Shown in pieces: positions 46,575 to 57,240 of a stretch of DNA of 64,000 nucleotides; positions within the stretch are counted from its first letter, which is position 1; every line of letters begins with the position of its first letter. This DNA comes from Minisyncoccota bacterium (GTDB taxonomy: Bacteria > Patescibacteriota > Minisyncoccia > Phycocordibacterales > UBA9973): the NCBI GenBank assembly GCA_041663185.1, contig JBAZQY010000001.1, forward strand, positions 19,448-83,447. The letters run 5' to 3'. Below the pieces are notes generated by a model. It saw only the letters and a program-made list of their open reading frames with translations, did no database searches and was not told the DNA's origin. Position numbers and translations under genes: made by a program.

Positions 46575-48308
46575 TTACATTTTTTCTGGAGATTTTATTC
46601 CTAGGAGGTTCAAGCCATTTTTGATAACTATAGAAAATGCTTCGGTTATCGCTAGTTTATATGGTGATGTTAGATCATCTTTATCAACTATTTTTGTGTT
46701 GCCGTAGAAAGTATTGAAGGAACGGGCAAGATTTATCAGGTAATTTGCAATTTGTTGTGGAGCAAAATCTTCCGCACTCCTCATAACTATCTCAGGAAAA
46801 CGATTAAGCAATTTCTCTACTTCTGTCGTTCCCCAACCCTCTGGTACAGTAGTTTCTATTTTTATATTTTCATCTTTGGCTTTTTCTAAAATTGATTTAG
46901 CGCGAGCGTATGAATACTGCAAATATGGACCGGAATCACCATTTAAATTAATTATTTCTTCCCAATCAAAAATTATGTCTTTCTTGCTTTCTCGTTTTAG
47001 ATCATTAAACTTAATAGCCCCAATACCAACTTCTTCTGACACATCGCTATTAATAGTGCTTGCTCGACTGACAGCTTCATTTATAATATCATCAAGCCAT
47101 ATCACATTCCCTTTTCTGGTGCTCATCTTTCCATCTTTAAATCGGTACAATCCATGAGCTAAATGAATTCTCTGCTCTTTTGTAAAGTAACCAAGCATTT
47201 CTTCTGCTTCGAAAATTTGCTTAAAATACTCTGATTGCTCAGTTCCGACTTCATTTATAATTTTTATATCATCACCATACTCCTTCTTCCTCCATTTATC
47301 AGTAGTTAAATCGCGAAGAGCATACAAAGACGACCCGTCTTTTTTGGTAATCATCAATGGGTTTAATTTTGTTTCATCAGGGAAAAATATTAAAAATGCT
47401 CCTTCACTTTCTTTGCCGAGATTTTTATTTTTTATATCTTCTAGCACTTCACCCATTTTATTTTCATAAAAACTTTCTCCATTTATAGTATCAAAGTCAT
47501 TTATATCTAATCGTTCGTATATTCGATGAAATTCTTTCATCGAATACGAAATGCATTTCTGCCAAATGGCTACTGCTTCAGAATCTTTCTTTTCCAACCT
47601 AGAAAACCATTCTCGCCCTTCATCTTCAAGTTCTGGATTTTTCTCTGCTTCATCGTGAAATTTCACATATAAATCAACAAGCGTTTTAATGGGAGATGGG
47701 TCATTTTCGAGAGCATCTAAATTACCCCACTTTTTAATAGCGACAATCATTTTCCCGAATTGCGTGCCCCAGTCACCTAAATGATTATCTCGGATCACTT
47801 TGTAATCAGAAAACTCTAAAATTTTAGAAACTGAGTCACCAATAATTGTCGAGCGTAAATGGCCGATGGTAAATGGTTTAGCAATATTCGGAGATGAATA
47901 TTCGACAAGAATTTTTTTACCCTTACCAATTTTATTCTTTCCGAAATCTTCTTTTTCTTTTAAAATTTCTTTTATACTTTCAGCAAAAAATTCTCCTAAT
48001 AAATAAAAATTAATAAACCCAGGACCAGCAATCTCAACTTTTTTAATTTCTTTTGGTAAATTTTTTTCTAATTCATTTTTAATTTTTTCAGCAAGTTCTT
48101 TTAGATTAATTTTTAAACTTTTAGCACAAACCATTGCTACATTCGTCGAATAATCACCATTTTTATTATCATCTGGGTGCTCAACTGAAAAATCAACTTC
48201 ATTGATATCAAGATTTTTTAAAACTTTTTGTATTATTTTTTCTATTTCTTCTTTCATTTTATTTTTTCCCTGTACTTCCAAACATTCCTTCACCTCTAGA
48301 TGAATCAC
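46575..48308 (-). CDS. argS: Arginyl-tRNA synthetase
   Basis: Class I ArgRS HIGH-type region SSPNIAKPFTIGHLRSTIIGD, plus an anticodon-binding DALR-like C-terminus. Confidence 0.85.
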   Translation of the reverse strand: MIHLEVKECLEVQGKNKMKEEIEKIIQKVLKNLDINEVDFSVEHPDDNKNGDYSTNVAMVCAKSLKINLKELAEKIKNELEKNLPKEIKKVEIAGPGFINFYLLGEFFAESIKEILKEKEDFGKNKIGKGKKILVEYSSPNIAKPFTIGHLRSTIIGDSVSKILEFSDYKVIRDNHLGDWGTQFGKMIVAIKKWGNLDALENDPSPIKTLVDLYVKFHDEAEKNPELEDEGREWFSRLEKKDSEAVAIWQKCISYSMKEFHRIYERLDINDFDTINGESFYENKMGEVLEDIKNKNLGKESEGAFLIFFPDETKLNPLMITKKDGSSLYALRDLTTDKWRKKEYGDDIKIINEVGTEQSEYFKQIFEAEEMLGYFTKEQRIHLAHGLYRFKDGKMSTRKGNVIWLDDIINEAVSRASTINSDVSEEVGIGAIKFNDLKRESKKDIIFDWEEIINLNGDSGPYLQYSYARAKSILEKAKDENIKIETTVPEGWGTTEVEKLLNRFPEIVMRSAEDFAPQQIANYLINLARSFNTFYGNTKIVDKDDLTSPYKLAITEAFSIVIKNGLNLLGIKSPEKM

Positions 48309-48681
48309 TCAATGTATCAGTTTCTTCTAATTCTCCGATAACTACTGGATAAATAATCAGTTGACTAACTTTGTCTCCCTCTTCTATAGTATAAGGCTTA
48401 TCTGACAAATTCACTAGATGAGTGTTATATTCTCCACGATACCCCGCATCAAAAACACCGCCCATTTGGTGAAGACCCTCTTTTGAAATACTAGACTTAT
48501 CTTTTACAATTGCCGCATATCCAGTTGGAAACTCCATGGCAAATCCATGCCAAAAGCGATAGTGCCCCATCGTTGGAATAGTAACTGTTTCCATTGAATA
48601 TAAATCCATACCGACATCTCCTGGATGTGCATAGCTTGGAAGTTTAGCATTTTCTTTTAATTTTTTAATTTTGATTTTCAT
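48259..48681 (-). CDS. dut: dUTP diphosphatase
   Basis: dUTPase motifs GDVGMDLY, GVFDAGYRGE, C-terminal RGEGMFGSTG. Overlaps the argS 5' end by 50 bp. Confidence 0.85.
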   Translation of the reverse strand: MKIKIKKLKENAKLPSYAHPGDVGMDLYSMETVTIPTMGHYRFWHGFAMEFPTGYAAIVKDKSSISKEGLHQMGGVFDAGYRGEYNTHLVNLSDKPYTIEEGDKVSQLIIYPVVIGELEETDTLSDSSRGEGMFGSTGKK

Positions 48682-48689
48682 AATTATTA

Positions 48690-49511
48690 TTATTCTTTTA
48701 ACATTACATTTAATGTCGCAATGTTTTTTTGTCCGGGTTTAATTATTGTTGGGTTTTTAATAATTCCATCTATATCTTCCATGAACACTTCAATACAAAT
48801 ATAATCTTTGTCTTTCTGAGACCAAAAAACAAATTTTTTATATTCTTTTGAGGCCGTAAACATAAACGTTCCCAGCCCTGGAATATATACTTCGATTGGC
48901 TTATTGGGGTTATCAATGAAAACGGCTTCTCCTTCTGCCCATTTGTCAATTTGATTTGCAACAATTTCTCCTCCCTTAAAATTAAATTTAATATTTTTCT
49001 TTTCCTCTGATGGGACTTTAAAATACGGATGTAAGCCACTTGAAATTGGCATTACTTTATCTTTCTCTAAATTTTTAACACGCTGAATAATAGAAAAAGA
49101 ATTATTCTGATTTAGAAAAACATCCATCATAAGTTCAAAATTATAAGGGTAGACTTCTTTGGTTTTTTGGTTTGAGGTTAATACTTCATGGAAACTAGCA
49201 TCGGTTACTCGGGTGTTCCATTTTTCATTTCTAGCAAAACCATGCTGTTTGAGATTCTGTAAATTTCCACGATCCAATCCTTCGGAGATTAGTCCAGCAT
49301 TAGGGAAAAGAATGGGGATGCCTCCTTTAACATTCACTTCGGGGTTTTTCAGTGTTGCTTCATCGAGATATAAAATTTCTTTCCCTTTTAATTTAATAGA
49401 TGTAACAATCCCCCCGCGTTCCGAGCAAAAAGAAAGCTCACTCCCCATAGGTCCTTCTATTGTCTCAACTTTTAATTCATTATTATTTTGTTTTTGCTCA
49501 AATTGGCTCAT
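48690..49511 (-). CDS. Aldose 1-epimerase family protein (hexose-6-phosphate mutarotase-like)
   Basis: GGIPILFPN and HGFAR motifs. Confidence 0.7.
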   Translation of the reverse strand: MSQFEQKQNNNELKVETIEGPMGSELSFCSERGGIVTSIKLKGKEILYLDEATLKNPEVNVKGGIPILFPNAGLISEGLDRGNLQNLKQHGFARNEKWNTRVTDASFHEVLTSNQKTKEVYPYNFELMMDVFLNQNNSFSIIQRVKNLEKDKVMPISSGLHPYFKVPSEEKKNIKFNFKGGEIVANQIDKWAEGEAVFIDNPNKPIEVYIPGLGTFMFTASKEYKKFVFWSQKDKDYICIEVFMEDIDGIIKNPTIIKPGQKNIATLNVMLKE

Positions 49512-49512
49512 T

Positions 49513-50226
49513 TTATTTTACAATTTTTTTAACTTCTTTATAAACCATTTCGTGAACTTGCTCACGAGATAATATTTCTCCTTTTTTGGAGCATTCTATT
49601 TTTATAAAATTCGGAATTTCTTTTTCTAATTTCAGCGCGCTCTTTCTGGAATTAATTAAATGATTGATATCACTTTCGTGAACATCTTTTTTCTTTTTCA
49701 AATATTCCCTTTTCATTTTACTACTGTCCCTATTCTTTAAAAGCTTGAGAACAATATTGATCGGCAAACTCAAATACAGAGTTAGGTCAGGTCTTGGAAT
49801 TCCAAAAACTTCATATTCCATTTCATCAAGCCATTTTAGAAAATCATTCCTTTTTTTAGTATTTTTCGTCTTCCCCCCTTGGTGAATTTGATTAGCCGAG
49901 ACATATCTGTTGGCAATGACAATATAGCCCTTTTTAAGCCATTTCCTCATCTCGTCGCTAGATTCCCACCTATCTGCCGCATACATCACAGAGGCGATTT
50001 TAGGGTGTATATTGAGCCAATTATAGTACTGTTCGCTCAAACAATGCCCGATAAACTTGCCAAAGAAGTTCTTGTAATATTCCGGGAAATCAACAACTTT
50101 TACAATTTTTCCATCCTTCTTTAAATGCTTAGTTAAATAATCCACCTGCGTCGCCTTTCCGCTTCCATCTGTGCCGTCTATAACTATAAGTTTGCCTTTG
50201 TATTTTTCTTTTTTATTTTTTGTCAT
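49513..50226 (-). CDS. tmk: Thymidylate kinase family protein (Tmk-like) with C-terminal extension
   Basis: P-loop LIVIDGTDGSGKATQ, DRW motif. Sits within the dTMP cluster. Confidence 0.65.
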   Translation of the reverse strand: MTKNKKEKYKGKLIVIDGTDGSGKATQVDYLTKHLKKDGKIVKVVDFPEYYKNFFGKFIGHCLSEQYYNWLNIHPKIASVMYAADRWESSDEMRKWLKKGYIVIANRYVSANQIHQGGKTKNTKKRNDFLKWLDEMEYEVFGIPRPDLTLYLSLPINIVLKLLKNRDSSKMKREYLKKKKDVHESDINHLINSRKSALKLEKEIPNFIKIECSKKGEILSREQVHEMVYKEVKKIVK

Positions 50227-50653
50227 AATAATTTTTTCCTGATTTATACGAATCGACTAGAACGGCAGTAGGATAGAAAAGTGGTGATGGTAAATTATTG
50301 ATATCGAGCCATTGCCAATCCCCAATGTTCTCATTGATAAATGTTTGTGGTTCGCCCTTATCCCAATTTGCTGTTACTCCAATTAAAACTTTATTATATA
50401 TATCAATATTTGCAACACAGGAAAATTTTATATCTTTTATCTTGATTCCAGCTTCTTCAAAAGTTTCCCTTTTTATTGCTTCCTCAAAAGATTCCCCAAA
50501 TTCCATATGCCCACCAGGGAAAGAATACTCACTCTTTCCATGGGAAGCCGTCTCCTTTCTCTTACCAATTAAAACTTTCCCTTCTTTAAATATCATTGCT
50601 CCAACAACTGCGATCGGTCTTTTTTTAGATTCATTTTTAATTTCGGAATTCAT
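50213..50653 (-). CDS. NUDIX hydrolase
   Basis: Nudix box GGHMEFGESFEEAIKRETFEEAGI. Confidence 0.8.
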   Translation of the reverse strand: MNSEIKNESKKRPIAVVGAMIFKEGKVLIGKRKETASHGKSEYSFPGGHMEFGESFEEAIKRETFEEAGIKIKDIKFSCVANIDIYNKVLIGVTANWDKGEPQTFINENIGDWQWLDINNLPSPLFYPTAVLVDSYKSGKNYYDKK

Positions 50654-50655
50654 GA

Positions 50656-51066
50656 TTATTTATCAAAAAATTCCTTAATAATAACTGGTAATTCATCAAT
50701 ATTTTTATAAACTTTTTTGATTAAGTTATAATCTCCATTGATCATCCCTGATATCGGTTTTGGAGAACCTTCTCTATAAAGACATAAGACTTTTTTATTA
50801 AGCGCTTCAGCTATTCCAATTTCATAACCAACCCCAACACTAGGAGTAGAAATATCTGCAACTAAAACATCTGCCGATCTGAGCCATTCTATATCTCTTT
50901 TATAAATATATTCATGAGATTTATCTTCACCTTGGCTAGATAATGTTTTATCTCCAATATGTTCCGTTAGAACTTCCCCATAATTTTTTAGCAACTCAAT
51001 AATCTTCTCATAAATATGAGCATCATCTCTTCCCCCTCTTATTGACCCTGCAAAATATATTTTCAT
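50656..51066 (-). CDS. Nucleoside 2-deoxyribosyltransferase-fold protein, DNPH1/Rcl-like 2'-deoxynucleoside 5'-phosphate N-hydrolase
   Basis: N-terminal MKIYFAGSIRGGRDD...VLTEH, matching the Rcl/DNPH1 signature. Confidence 0.65.
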   Translation of the reverse strand: MKIYFAGSIRGGRDDAHIYEKIIELLKNYGEVLTEHIGDKTLSSQGEDKSHEYIYKRDIEWLRSADVLVADISTPSVGVGYEIGIAEALNKKVLCLYREGSPKPISGMINGDYNLIKKVYKNIDELPVIIKEFFDK

Positions 51067-51070
51067 AAAA

Positions 51071-51502
51071 TTATTTTATAATTCCTGCATCTTTAAGCAT
51101 TTGTTTATGATCGTAAGCTAAATCCATTTTGGAAACTTCTTCAGGAGTAAACCAACCGATATCTTGAACTTCAGAAATTTGATTGACCTTTGGTTCACCT
51201 GAAACTATTTTACAAATATGAGGCAGGGCAATACTTGTTTTTGTTGGATGCCTTCCTTTGGGATCATAATATTTTCCAATAAATTTTATAACTTCTATTT
51301 CAACTCCGACTTCTTCTTGCGCTTCTCTTTTCAGTGCTTCTTCAACTGTTTCATCCCATTCCATCCAACCCCCAACCAATCCCCAATAATCTGGGAATGC
51401 TCTCATGCTAGTAGACCTCTTTTGCAAAAAAATTTTACCATCATTATTTACAATAATGGCATCTACTCCTACCCATGGATGATCCTTTTTTTCTTCAGAC
51501 AT
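51071..51502 (-). CDS. NUDIX hydrolase
   Basis: Nudix box GGWMEWDETVEEALKREAQEEVGV. Confidence 0.8.
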   Translation of the reverse strand: MSEEKKDHPWVGVDAIIVNNDGKIFLQKRSTSMRAFPDYWGLVGGWMEWDETVEEALKREAQEEVGVEIEVIKFIGKYYDPKGRHPTKTSIALPHICKIVSGEPKVNQISEVQDIGWFTPEEVSKMDLAYDHKQMLKDAGIIK

Positions 51503-51506
51503 AAAT

Positions 51507-52679
51507 TTATTTTCTTAAAATTTTATTAATTGTTTGTGCTATTTTTATCATATCTTTCTCTTTTTTTCCGTGAGTTGTCTCAGCGCATGTCCCTAAGCGA
51601 ATCCCTGACGGATCCATTGGGCCTCTCGTATCACCTGGAATTGTATTCATGTTTACAATAATCCCATTTTTTTCCAATCTTTCTCCTGCTTCTTTACCAG
51701 ATATTCCTTTTCCGTCCATCCAAGTATCAACCAAAATCAAATGTGAGTCTGTCCCCCCAGAAATAATGTGCCAGCCGAGCTTTTGTAATTCCTTTGCCAA
51801 GGCCTTGGCATTTTTCACAACTTGTTTTGCATATTTTTTAAAATCGGGTCTCATTGCCTCAGAAAGTGCGACAGCGACCGCGGCAATAGTATTCTCATGC
51901 GGGCCACCAAAGAGCCCTGGTATAACCATTTTGTCTAATTTTTTATCAAAATTTCTTTCATCTTTTTTTACAAACAAAAGTGCGTGCCTTGGGCCACGAA
52001 GTGATTTGTGTGTAGTTGTCATGACTGAATCAGCATAAGGAAAAGGTGAAGGATACGCACCGCCTGCGACAAGACCTGCGAAGTGAGACATATCGACATG
52101 TAGAATTGCCCCACAGCTATCGGCAATTTCTCGAAACTTTTTAAAATCAACAATTCGTGGATAAGCGGTGAAACCAGCAACAATAATGTCTGGCTTTTCT
52201 GCGATAGCTAATTTTTTTAATTCTTGATAATTTATTATTTCGGTTTTTGCATCAAGTTCAAATTGAACTCCCTTCCAAAGCTTGCCGGTCATCGAAGCAG
52301 GATAACCGTGAGTAAGGTGCCCACCGGCTGAAAGCTTCATTCCCATTATCTTGCTACCAAGTGGAACAAGAGCAGAATACAAAGCAAAGTTTGCTGGACT
52401 ACCAGAGAGAAGCTGAGCGTTCACGTGCCAGTTTTCTTTTTTTAATTTAAAAAGTTTTAAGGCTCTCTCTATGCAAAGATTCTCTACCTTATCAACGATT
52501 TCATTACCACCATAGTACCTACGGCCAGGGTATCCTTCAGCGTATTTGTTGGTAAGTTTTGAGCCAAGCGCTTTCAATACATCACCTGAGACATAGTTTT
52601 CGGAAGCAATCAGATTTATAACGCTTTTTTGCCTTTTTTCTTCGTCTTTTATGAGTTTTTCTACTTGTTTATCGTGCAT
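51507..52679 (-). CDS. glyA: Serine hydroxymethyltransferase (short form)
   Basis: SHMT motifs HLTHGYPAS and PLP-lysine region TTTHKSLRGPR. Confidence 0.9.
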   Translation of the reverse strand: MHDKQVEKLIKDEEKRQKSVINLIASENYVSGDVLKALGSKLTNKYAEGYPGRRYYGGNEIVDKVENLCIERALKLFKLKKENWHVNAQLLSGSPANFALYSALVPLGSKIMGMKLSAGGHLTHGYPASMTGKLWKGVQFELDAKTEIINYQELKKLAIAEKPDIIVAGFTAYPRIVDFKKFREIADSCGAILHVDMSHFAGLVAGGAYPSPFPYADSVMTTTHKSLRGPRHALLFVKKDERNFDKKLDKMVIPGLFGGPHENTIAAVAVALSEAMRPDFKKYAKQVVKNAKALAKELQKLGWHIISGGTDSHLILVDTWMDGKGISGKEAGERLEKNGIIVNMNTIPGDTRGPMDPSGIRLGTCAETTHGKKEKDMIKIAQTINKILRK

Positions 52680-52757
52680 GTGATTTTTAAGTTTTTAAGA
52701 TTAATATACTGATTTTAGCATGTTTGTATCAAAAATAGAAAGCTGTATAATAGGTCT

Positions 52758-53699
52758 ATGGATAAATATCATGTCGACAATATATATTTAGATTTAGTGG
52801 AAAGAATAAAAAAAGAAGGAACACAAAAAGGAGACAGAACAGGAACAGGGACTATCTCAATTTTTGGACACCAGATGAGATTTGATTTATCCAAAGGCTT
52901 TCCTCTTTTAACAACAAAGAAGGTGCCAATAAAAGCAATAATCCATGAATTGCTTTGGTTCATGCGTGGTGATACAAATCTAAAATATCTTGCAGAAAAT
53001 AATGTTCATATCTGGGATGAATGGCCATTTAAAGCATACTTAATGAAATCCGGTAAACCAATGCCAAAAGTTGGCAGTGAAGAATGGAACTCTGGGTTAA
53101 AAGAGTTTATTGAAAAAATAAAAACAGATGAAAGTTTTGCAAAAGAATATGGAGAACTTGGTCCAATATATGGTTCACAGTGGAGATGCTGGAAAGACCA
53201 AGATAATACTTGTCTTGACCAACTAAATGATGCGATAGAAATGATTAAAACAAATCCTGATTCACGTCGAATTATTGTTTCTGCTTGGAACGTCGCTGAT
53301 ATTAATGAAATGACAAAAGCAGGACTTCCTCCTTGTCATTTACTTTTCCAATTCTATGTTGCTAATGGAAAATTATCATGTCAGCTCTACCAAAGAAGTT
53401 GTGATACTTTCTTGGGCGTACCATTTAATATTGCTTCTTATGCATTATTAGTAATGATAATTGCTCAAGTAACTGGATTACAACCAGGAGAATTTGTTTG
53501 GACGGGTGGAGACGTTCATTTATACTCCAATCACCTTGAACAAGTGGAAACACAATTATCTCGTCGAAATGATTTACGACCGATGCCCGAAATGAAGATA
53601 AATAAAGAAATAAAAAATATTGAAGATTTTACAATTAATGATTTCGAGTTGGTAAATTATAATCCTCATGACGCCATCAAGGCACCTATCGCCGTATAA
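52758..53699 (+). CDS. thyA: Thymidylate synthase (ThyA type)
   Basis: Active site [34 protein letters not shown]. Confidence 0.9.
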   Translation: MDKYHVDNIYLDLVERIKKEGTQKGDRTGTGTISIFGHQMRFDLSKGFPLLTTKKVPIKAIIHELLWFMRGDTNLKYLAENNVHIWDEWPFKAYLMKSGKPMPKVGSEEWNSGLKEFIEKIKTDESFAKEYGELGPIYGSQWRCWKDQDNTCLDQLNDAIEMIKTNPDSRRIIVSAWNVADINEMTKAGLPPCHLLFQFYVANGKLSCQLYQRSCDTFLGVPFNIASYALLVMIIAQVTGLQPGEFVWTGGDVHLYSNHLEQVETQLSRRNDLRPMPEMKINKEIKNIEDFTINDFELVNYNPHDAIKAPIAV

Positions 53700-53703
53700 A
53701 TTT

Positions 53704-54201
53704 ATGATTCTATCTATAATTTCAGCCATTGGGAAAAATAATGAAATTGGAAAGGCAAATACATTGCTATGGAATTTACCCGCTGACATGAAGCATTTCA
53801 AAGAAACAACTTCCGGCCATACCATCATAATGGGACAGAAAACTTTTGAATCCATTGGACGAGCACTCCCCAATCGTCGAAATATCGTTCTGACAAAAGA
53901 TGAGGATTTTAGAAGAGATGGGATAGAAATCGTTTATTCAATTGATGAATTGATGGAATTACTAGAAAAAACAACTTCACAAGATGATGAATGTTTTATT
54001 ATCGGGGGTGGACAAATATATAAACTATTTATTGATAGAGCAGACAAATTATACATTACTCACGTAGATGAAGAATTCCCCAGTGCTGATACATTTTTCC
54101 CTGAGATTGATATGAATAAATGGAAAAAGATTCAAGAAGAATCACATAACGCCGATGAAAATAATAAATACGATTTGAAATTTGCAATATATAAAAAGTA
54201 A
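53704..54201 (+). CDS. folA: Dihydrofolate reductase
   Basis: MILSIISAIGKNNEIG...LPADMKHFKETT...IMGQKTFESIG. The start is taken at the internal Met; the ORF track's 53668 start would overlap thyA. Confidence 0.85.
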   Translation: MILSIISAIGKNNEIGKANTLLWNLPADMKHFKETTSGHTIIMGQKTFESIGRALPNRRNIVLTKDEDFRRDGIEIVYSIDELMELLEKTTSQDDECFIIGGGQIYKLFIDRADKLYITHVDEEFPSADTFFPEIDMNKWKKIQEESHNADENNKYDLKFAIYKK

Positions 54202-54244
54202 AACAAATAAAAAACACGATATTAAAATTTTAATATTGTGTTTT

Positions 54245-54802
54245 TTATTTGTTTGTGAGTTTGGTAATTATTTCATCTATTTGCTTATATAGATCTTCTT
54301 TTGATTCTTCATTTATAATAAAGAAATCTGCTCTTGCTATTGGACCTGCTTGATGAATATTTTCTATCTGTGCATAATCTCGAGAGATAACATCTTCTCG
54401 AGACAATGGACGGATTGGACGATTTTCCATTCTCTTTATTCTTGTCTCGGGAGAAGATAAAACCGATAATACTTTGAAATCATCGCCAAAAGCTTTTTCC
54501 ATTTCAAGATATTCTTCCCAACTATAAAGGCTTTCTACGAGAACACTTGTTGTTGTAATTAAATCTTTTATTTTAGGAATACTCAAAATAGCATAACAGC
54601 CCATACCATATTCACTTCTAATCCTCTCTCTTGTGATTCTTTCATTAGCTTCATTTATTTCTAAACCAACCTTTTTCATTTCATCAAAAGTAACGTCACC
54701 AAAATAAACCTTGGGCCAACCAGTCTTATTCATTAAATATTCTATTATTTCTGTTTTCCCTGCTCCTGGTAATCCAACCACTGCTAAAATTATTTTATTC
54801 AT
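54245..54802 (-). CDS. P-loop nucleoside/nucleotide kinase-like protein (dNMP-kinase-like)
   Basis: Walker A VGLPGAGKT. Small-kinase architecture, embedded in the dNTP cluster. Confidence 0.5.
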   Translation of the reverse strand: MNKIILAVVGLPGAGKTEIIEYLMNKTGWPKVYFGDVTFDEMKKVGLEINEANERITRERIRSEYGMGCYAILSIPKIKDLITTTSVLVESLYSWEEYLEMEKAFGDDFKVLSVLSSPETRIKRMENRPIRPLSREDVISRDYAQIENIHQAGPIARADFFIINEESKEDLYKQIDEIITKLTNK

Positions 54803-54814
54803 ATAATTTTTAAA

Positions 54815-55339
54815 TTAAAATTTTGGGATATTATCTCCCCATATTTCTTCTAAATAACTCTTCCCATTTATATTACGACAATCAACATCTGGCATTGATT
54901 GCAATAACCTAGTAATCGCTTCATTTGTCACATCATTTGTCATTGATTTCGCATTATTGTTCACCTTACTTTCTACAACAGAATTCTTATAAATAATTCT
55001 TTTTATGCCTGCTTGAATAATATGTTTTAAACAATTTTCACAAGGCCCATAAAGATTATAAAGAGTGCATTTTTCTAAATCTCTTTTTGCAAACAAAATA
55101 GCGTTCATTTCTCCGTGAAGAACCAAGTGATATTTAATTGGTCTTTCTGTGGACATTATTGACTCATCACACCCACTAATAAAACCATTGTAACCAAAAG
55201 AAATTGGTCGATTTTTGCTATCGACAATGACACACCCTGTTTTGGTAGAAGGATCTTTTGATTTTTTAGCTACTTGCTCAGCAATATTAATAAAATATTC
55301 ATCCCAAGACAACCCTTTTAAATTTTTGTTTTCTTCCAT
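54815..55339 (-). CDS. dCMP deaminase (ComEB-like)
   Basis: HGEMNAI and PCENC zinc motifs of the dCMP deaminase family. Confidence 0.8.
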   Translation of the reverse strand: MEENKNLKGLSWDEYFINIAEQVAKKSKDPSTKTGCVIVDSKNRPISFGYNGFISGCDESIMSTERPIKYHLVLHGEMNAILFAKRDLEKCTLYNLYGPCENCLKHIIQAGIKRIIYKNSVVESKVNNNAKSMTNDVTNEAITRLLQSMPDVDCRNINGKSYLEEIWGDNIPKF

Positions 55340-55367
55340 AAATATATTATATTATTTTTTAATTAAT

Positions 55368-55982
55368 TCACCTAATAATAAAAAACCCGAAAATCATTGC
55401 CACGAAATTGAGGATTGTGTGGGAAATAGATATTAAAAGAAGGTTCTTGTATTTATAATACATCCATGCAAAACCAATTCCTGCGATAAAAGTAAATGGC
55501 AAGGTAAAATAGGCTTTTAGGTAAATAATGTGCATCAAGGCAAAAATGGCGGCATTCAGAATTATGATAAACCACATATTAGTAAAAACCCTTCGAAGCA
55601 TGTTCATTAAAACTCCTCGAAAGATTAATTCTTGGATAAAACTAAGCGGAATAAAGAGAAGTAGAAATTTGGCATTTTTCCACCAATTTAAAAACGGCGT
55701 TCCAATCTTTAATTCTTCTATTATAAAAAGTAAGCCAACTCCGACTGCCGTAAAAATAAAATAAGGCCAAAAATATTTCTTCCAACTTTTTTGAATACCA
55801 AAATCTTCACTATTCCACTTTTCAAAACGAGCAATCCCGTAAATTATAAATGTCACAATCAGCAACATTAAAATACGAAAATCATTTGGAATAACTTTAA
55901 AATAAAGAAGTAAAACTGGGATTAAATACAAGTATAATATTTGCACCCAAACTAGTTCTCTTTCTTGCTTTAAATTATTCAT
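55368..55982 (-). CDS. CPBP family intramembrane metalloprotease (CAAX protease-like)
   Basis: EExxxR motif (QELIFRGVL) and a distal His (SISHTILNF) within TM helices. Confidence 0.7.
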   Translation of the reverse strand: MNNLKQERELVWVQILYLYLIPVLLLYFKVIPNDFRILMLLIVTFIIYGIARFEKWNSEDFGIQKSWKKYFWPYFIFTAVGVGLLFIIEELKIGTPFLNWWKNAKFLLLFIPLSFIQELIFRGVLMNMLRRVFTNMWFIIILNAAIFALMHIIYLKAYFTLPFTFIAGIGFAWMYYKYKNLLLISISHTILNFVAMIFGFFIIR

Positions 55983-56009
55983 ACAAGAATATTATATCAA
56001 ATTTTTTAT

Positions 56010-57233
56010 TTATTCATACCTTAGTGCTTCAATCGGATTTAATCTTGAAGCGCGCTGTGCTGGATAGTATCCAAACACTATCCCAATTAAAGCAGAGACT
56101 CCAAAAGCAAGTAGGACAGATGATATTGAGACTTGAGCTTCAATCACATCAAAATAAGACAGGGTAAAAGAGATCACCCAACCAAGTATCACTCCGATAA
56201 TTCCTCCAATGAAAGTAAGAATTACAGCTTCAGATAAAAATTGTAAATTAATATCTCTTTTTTTTGCACCTATAGCTTTGCGCAAACCGACTTCTCTTGT
56301 TCTTTCGGTAACTGTAGTAAGCATCATATTCATAATTCCAATTCCTCCAACTAAAAGTGAAATACCCGCAATCGCAGCCAAAAGAGTAGTGAAAGTTCCA
56401 GCCACATCCGAAACAGTTTCTATCATGTCTGACTGATTTAATGTGGTAAAATCTGCAGTATCAGTAGTTTTATTATGTCTTTCTAATAATAATGCTGTCA
56501 CATCTTCTTGAACAACAGTTGAAATCTCTGCATCGTTTGCTGAAATATCTATTCTTGTAAGATATTTATTGCCAGTAATATATCTTTGAGCGGTGGTATA
56601 TGGAATATAAATAATATCATCACTATTAGTCATTCCCGATCCCCCCTTTTCTACGGCTACACCTATAATTTTATATTCTGTTCCAGAGATACGTATTTTT
56701 TCTCCAATTATATCCGTTTCGTCTTCCCCAAATAAATCATCTCGTGCAGTCGCACCTAAAACTGCAACTTTTGAAGTTTTTGAAATATGCTGATCTGTCA
56801 GAAATGTTCCTTCGGCTATTTCAACATTTCTAACAGTACCATAAGAAGACTCTGTCCCCATTATGCTTGTGTTTGTATTTGTCCCTGTTGCAACTACTTG
56901 TTTTTGAGAACTTACTTCTTTTACAACGGCTGAAATATTATCCACTTGTGAAGCAATTGCATCTGCATCTTCCAAGGTAAGAGTCTGCGCTCCACCACGA
57001 GAAGCGGTCGAACCTCCTCCAAAAGTTCTTTGCGCTCCAGGATTAACCATGATTAAATTAGCACCCATAGATTCAATACTAGACGAGACAGAATTTGATG
57101 CACCTTGCCCCACAGCTACCATAGCAATAACAGAAGCAATACCGATAACAATACCGAGCATTGTGAGCCCTGTTCGAACTTTATTTGATCTTAATGCCGA
57201 AAAAGTTTCTTGTAATATATCTTTTGTTTTCAT
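56010..57233 (-). CDS. ABC transporter permease (MacB/FtsX type)
   Basis: N-terminal TM, large extracytoplasmic domain, C-terminal FtsX 3-TM bundle. Confidence 0.8.
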   Translation of the reverse strand: MKTKDILQETFSALRSNKVRTGLTMLGIVIGIASVIAMVAVGQGASNSVSSSIESMGANLIMVNPGAQRTFGGGSTASRGGAQTLTLEDADAIASQVDNISAVVKEVSSQKQVVATGTNTNTSIMGTESSYGTVRNVEIAEGTFLTDQHISKTSKVAVLGATARDDLFGEDETDIIGEKIRISGTEYKIIGVAVEKGGSGMTNSDDIIYIPYTTAQRYITGNKYLTRIDISANDAEISTVVQEDVTALLLERHNKTTDTADFTTLNQSDMIETVSDVAGTFTTLLAAIAGISLLVGGIGIMNMMLTTVTERTREVGLRKAIGAKKRDINLQFLSEAVILTFIGGIIGVILGWVISFTLSYFDVIEAQVSISSVLLAFGVSALIGIVFGYYPAQRASRLNPIEALRYE

Positions 57234-57240
57234 AATTATT

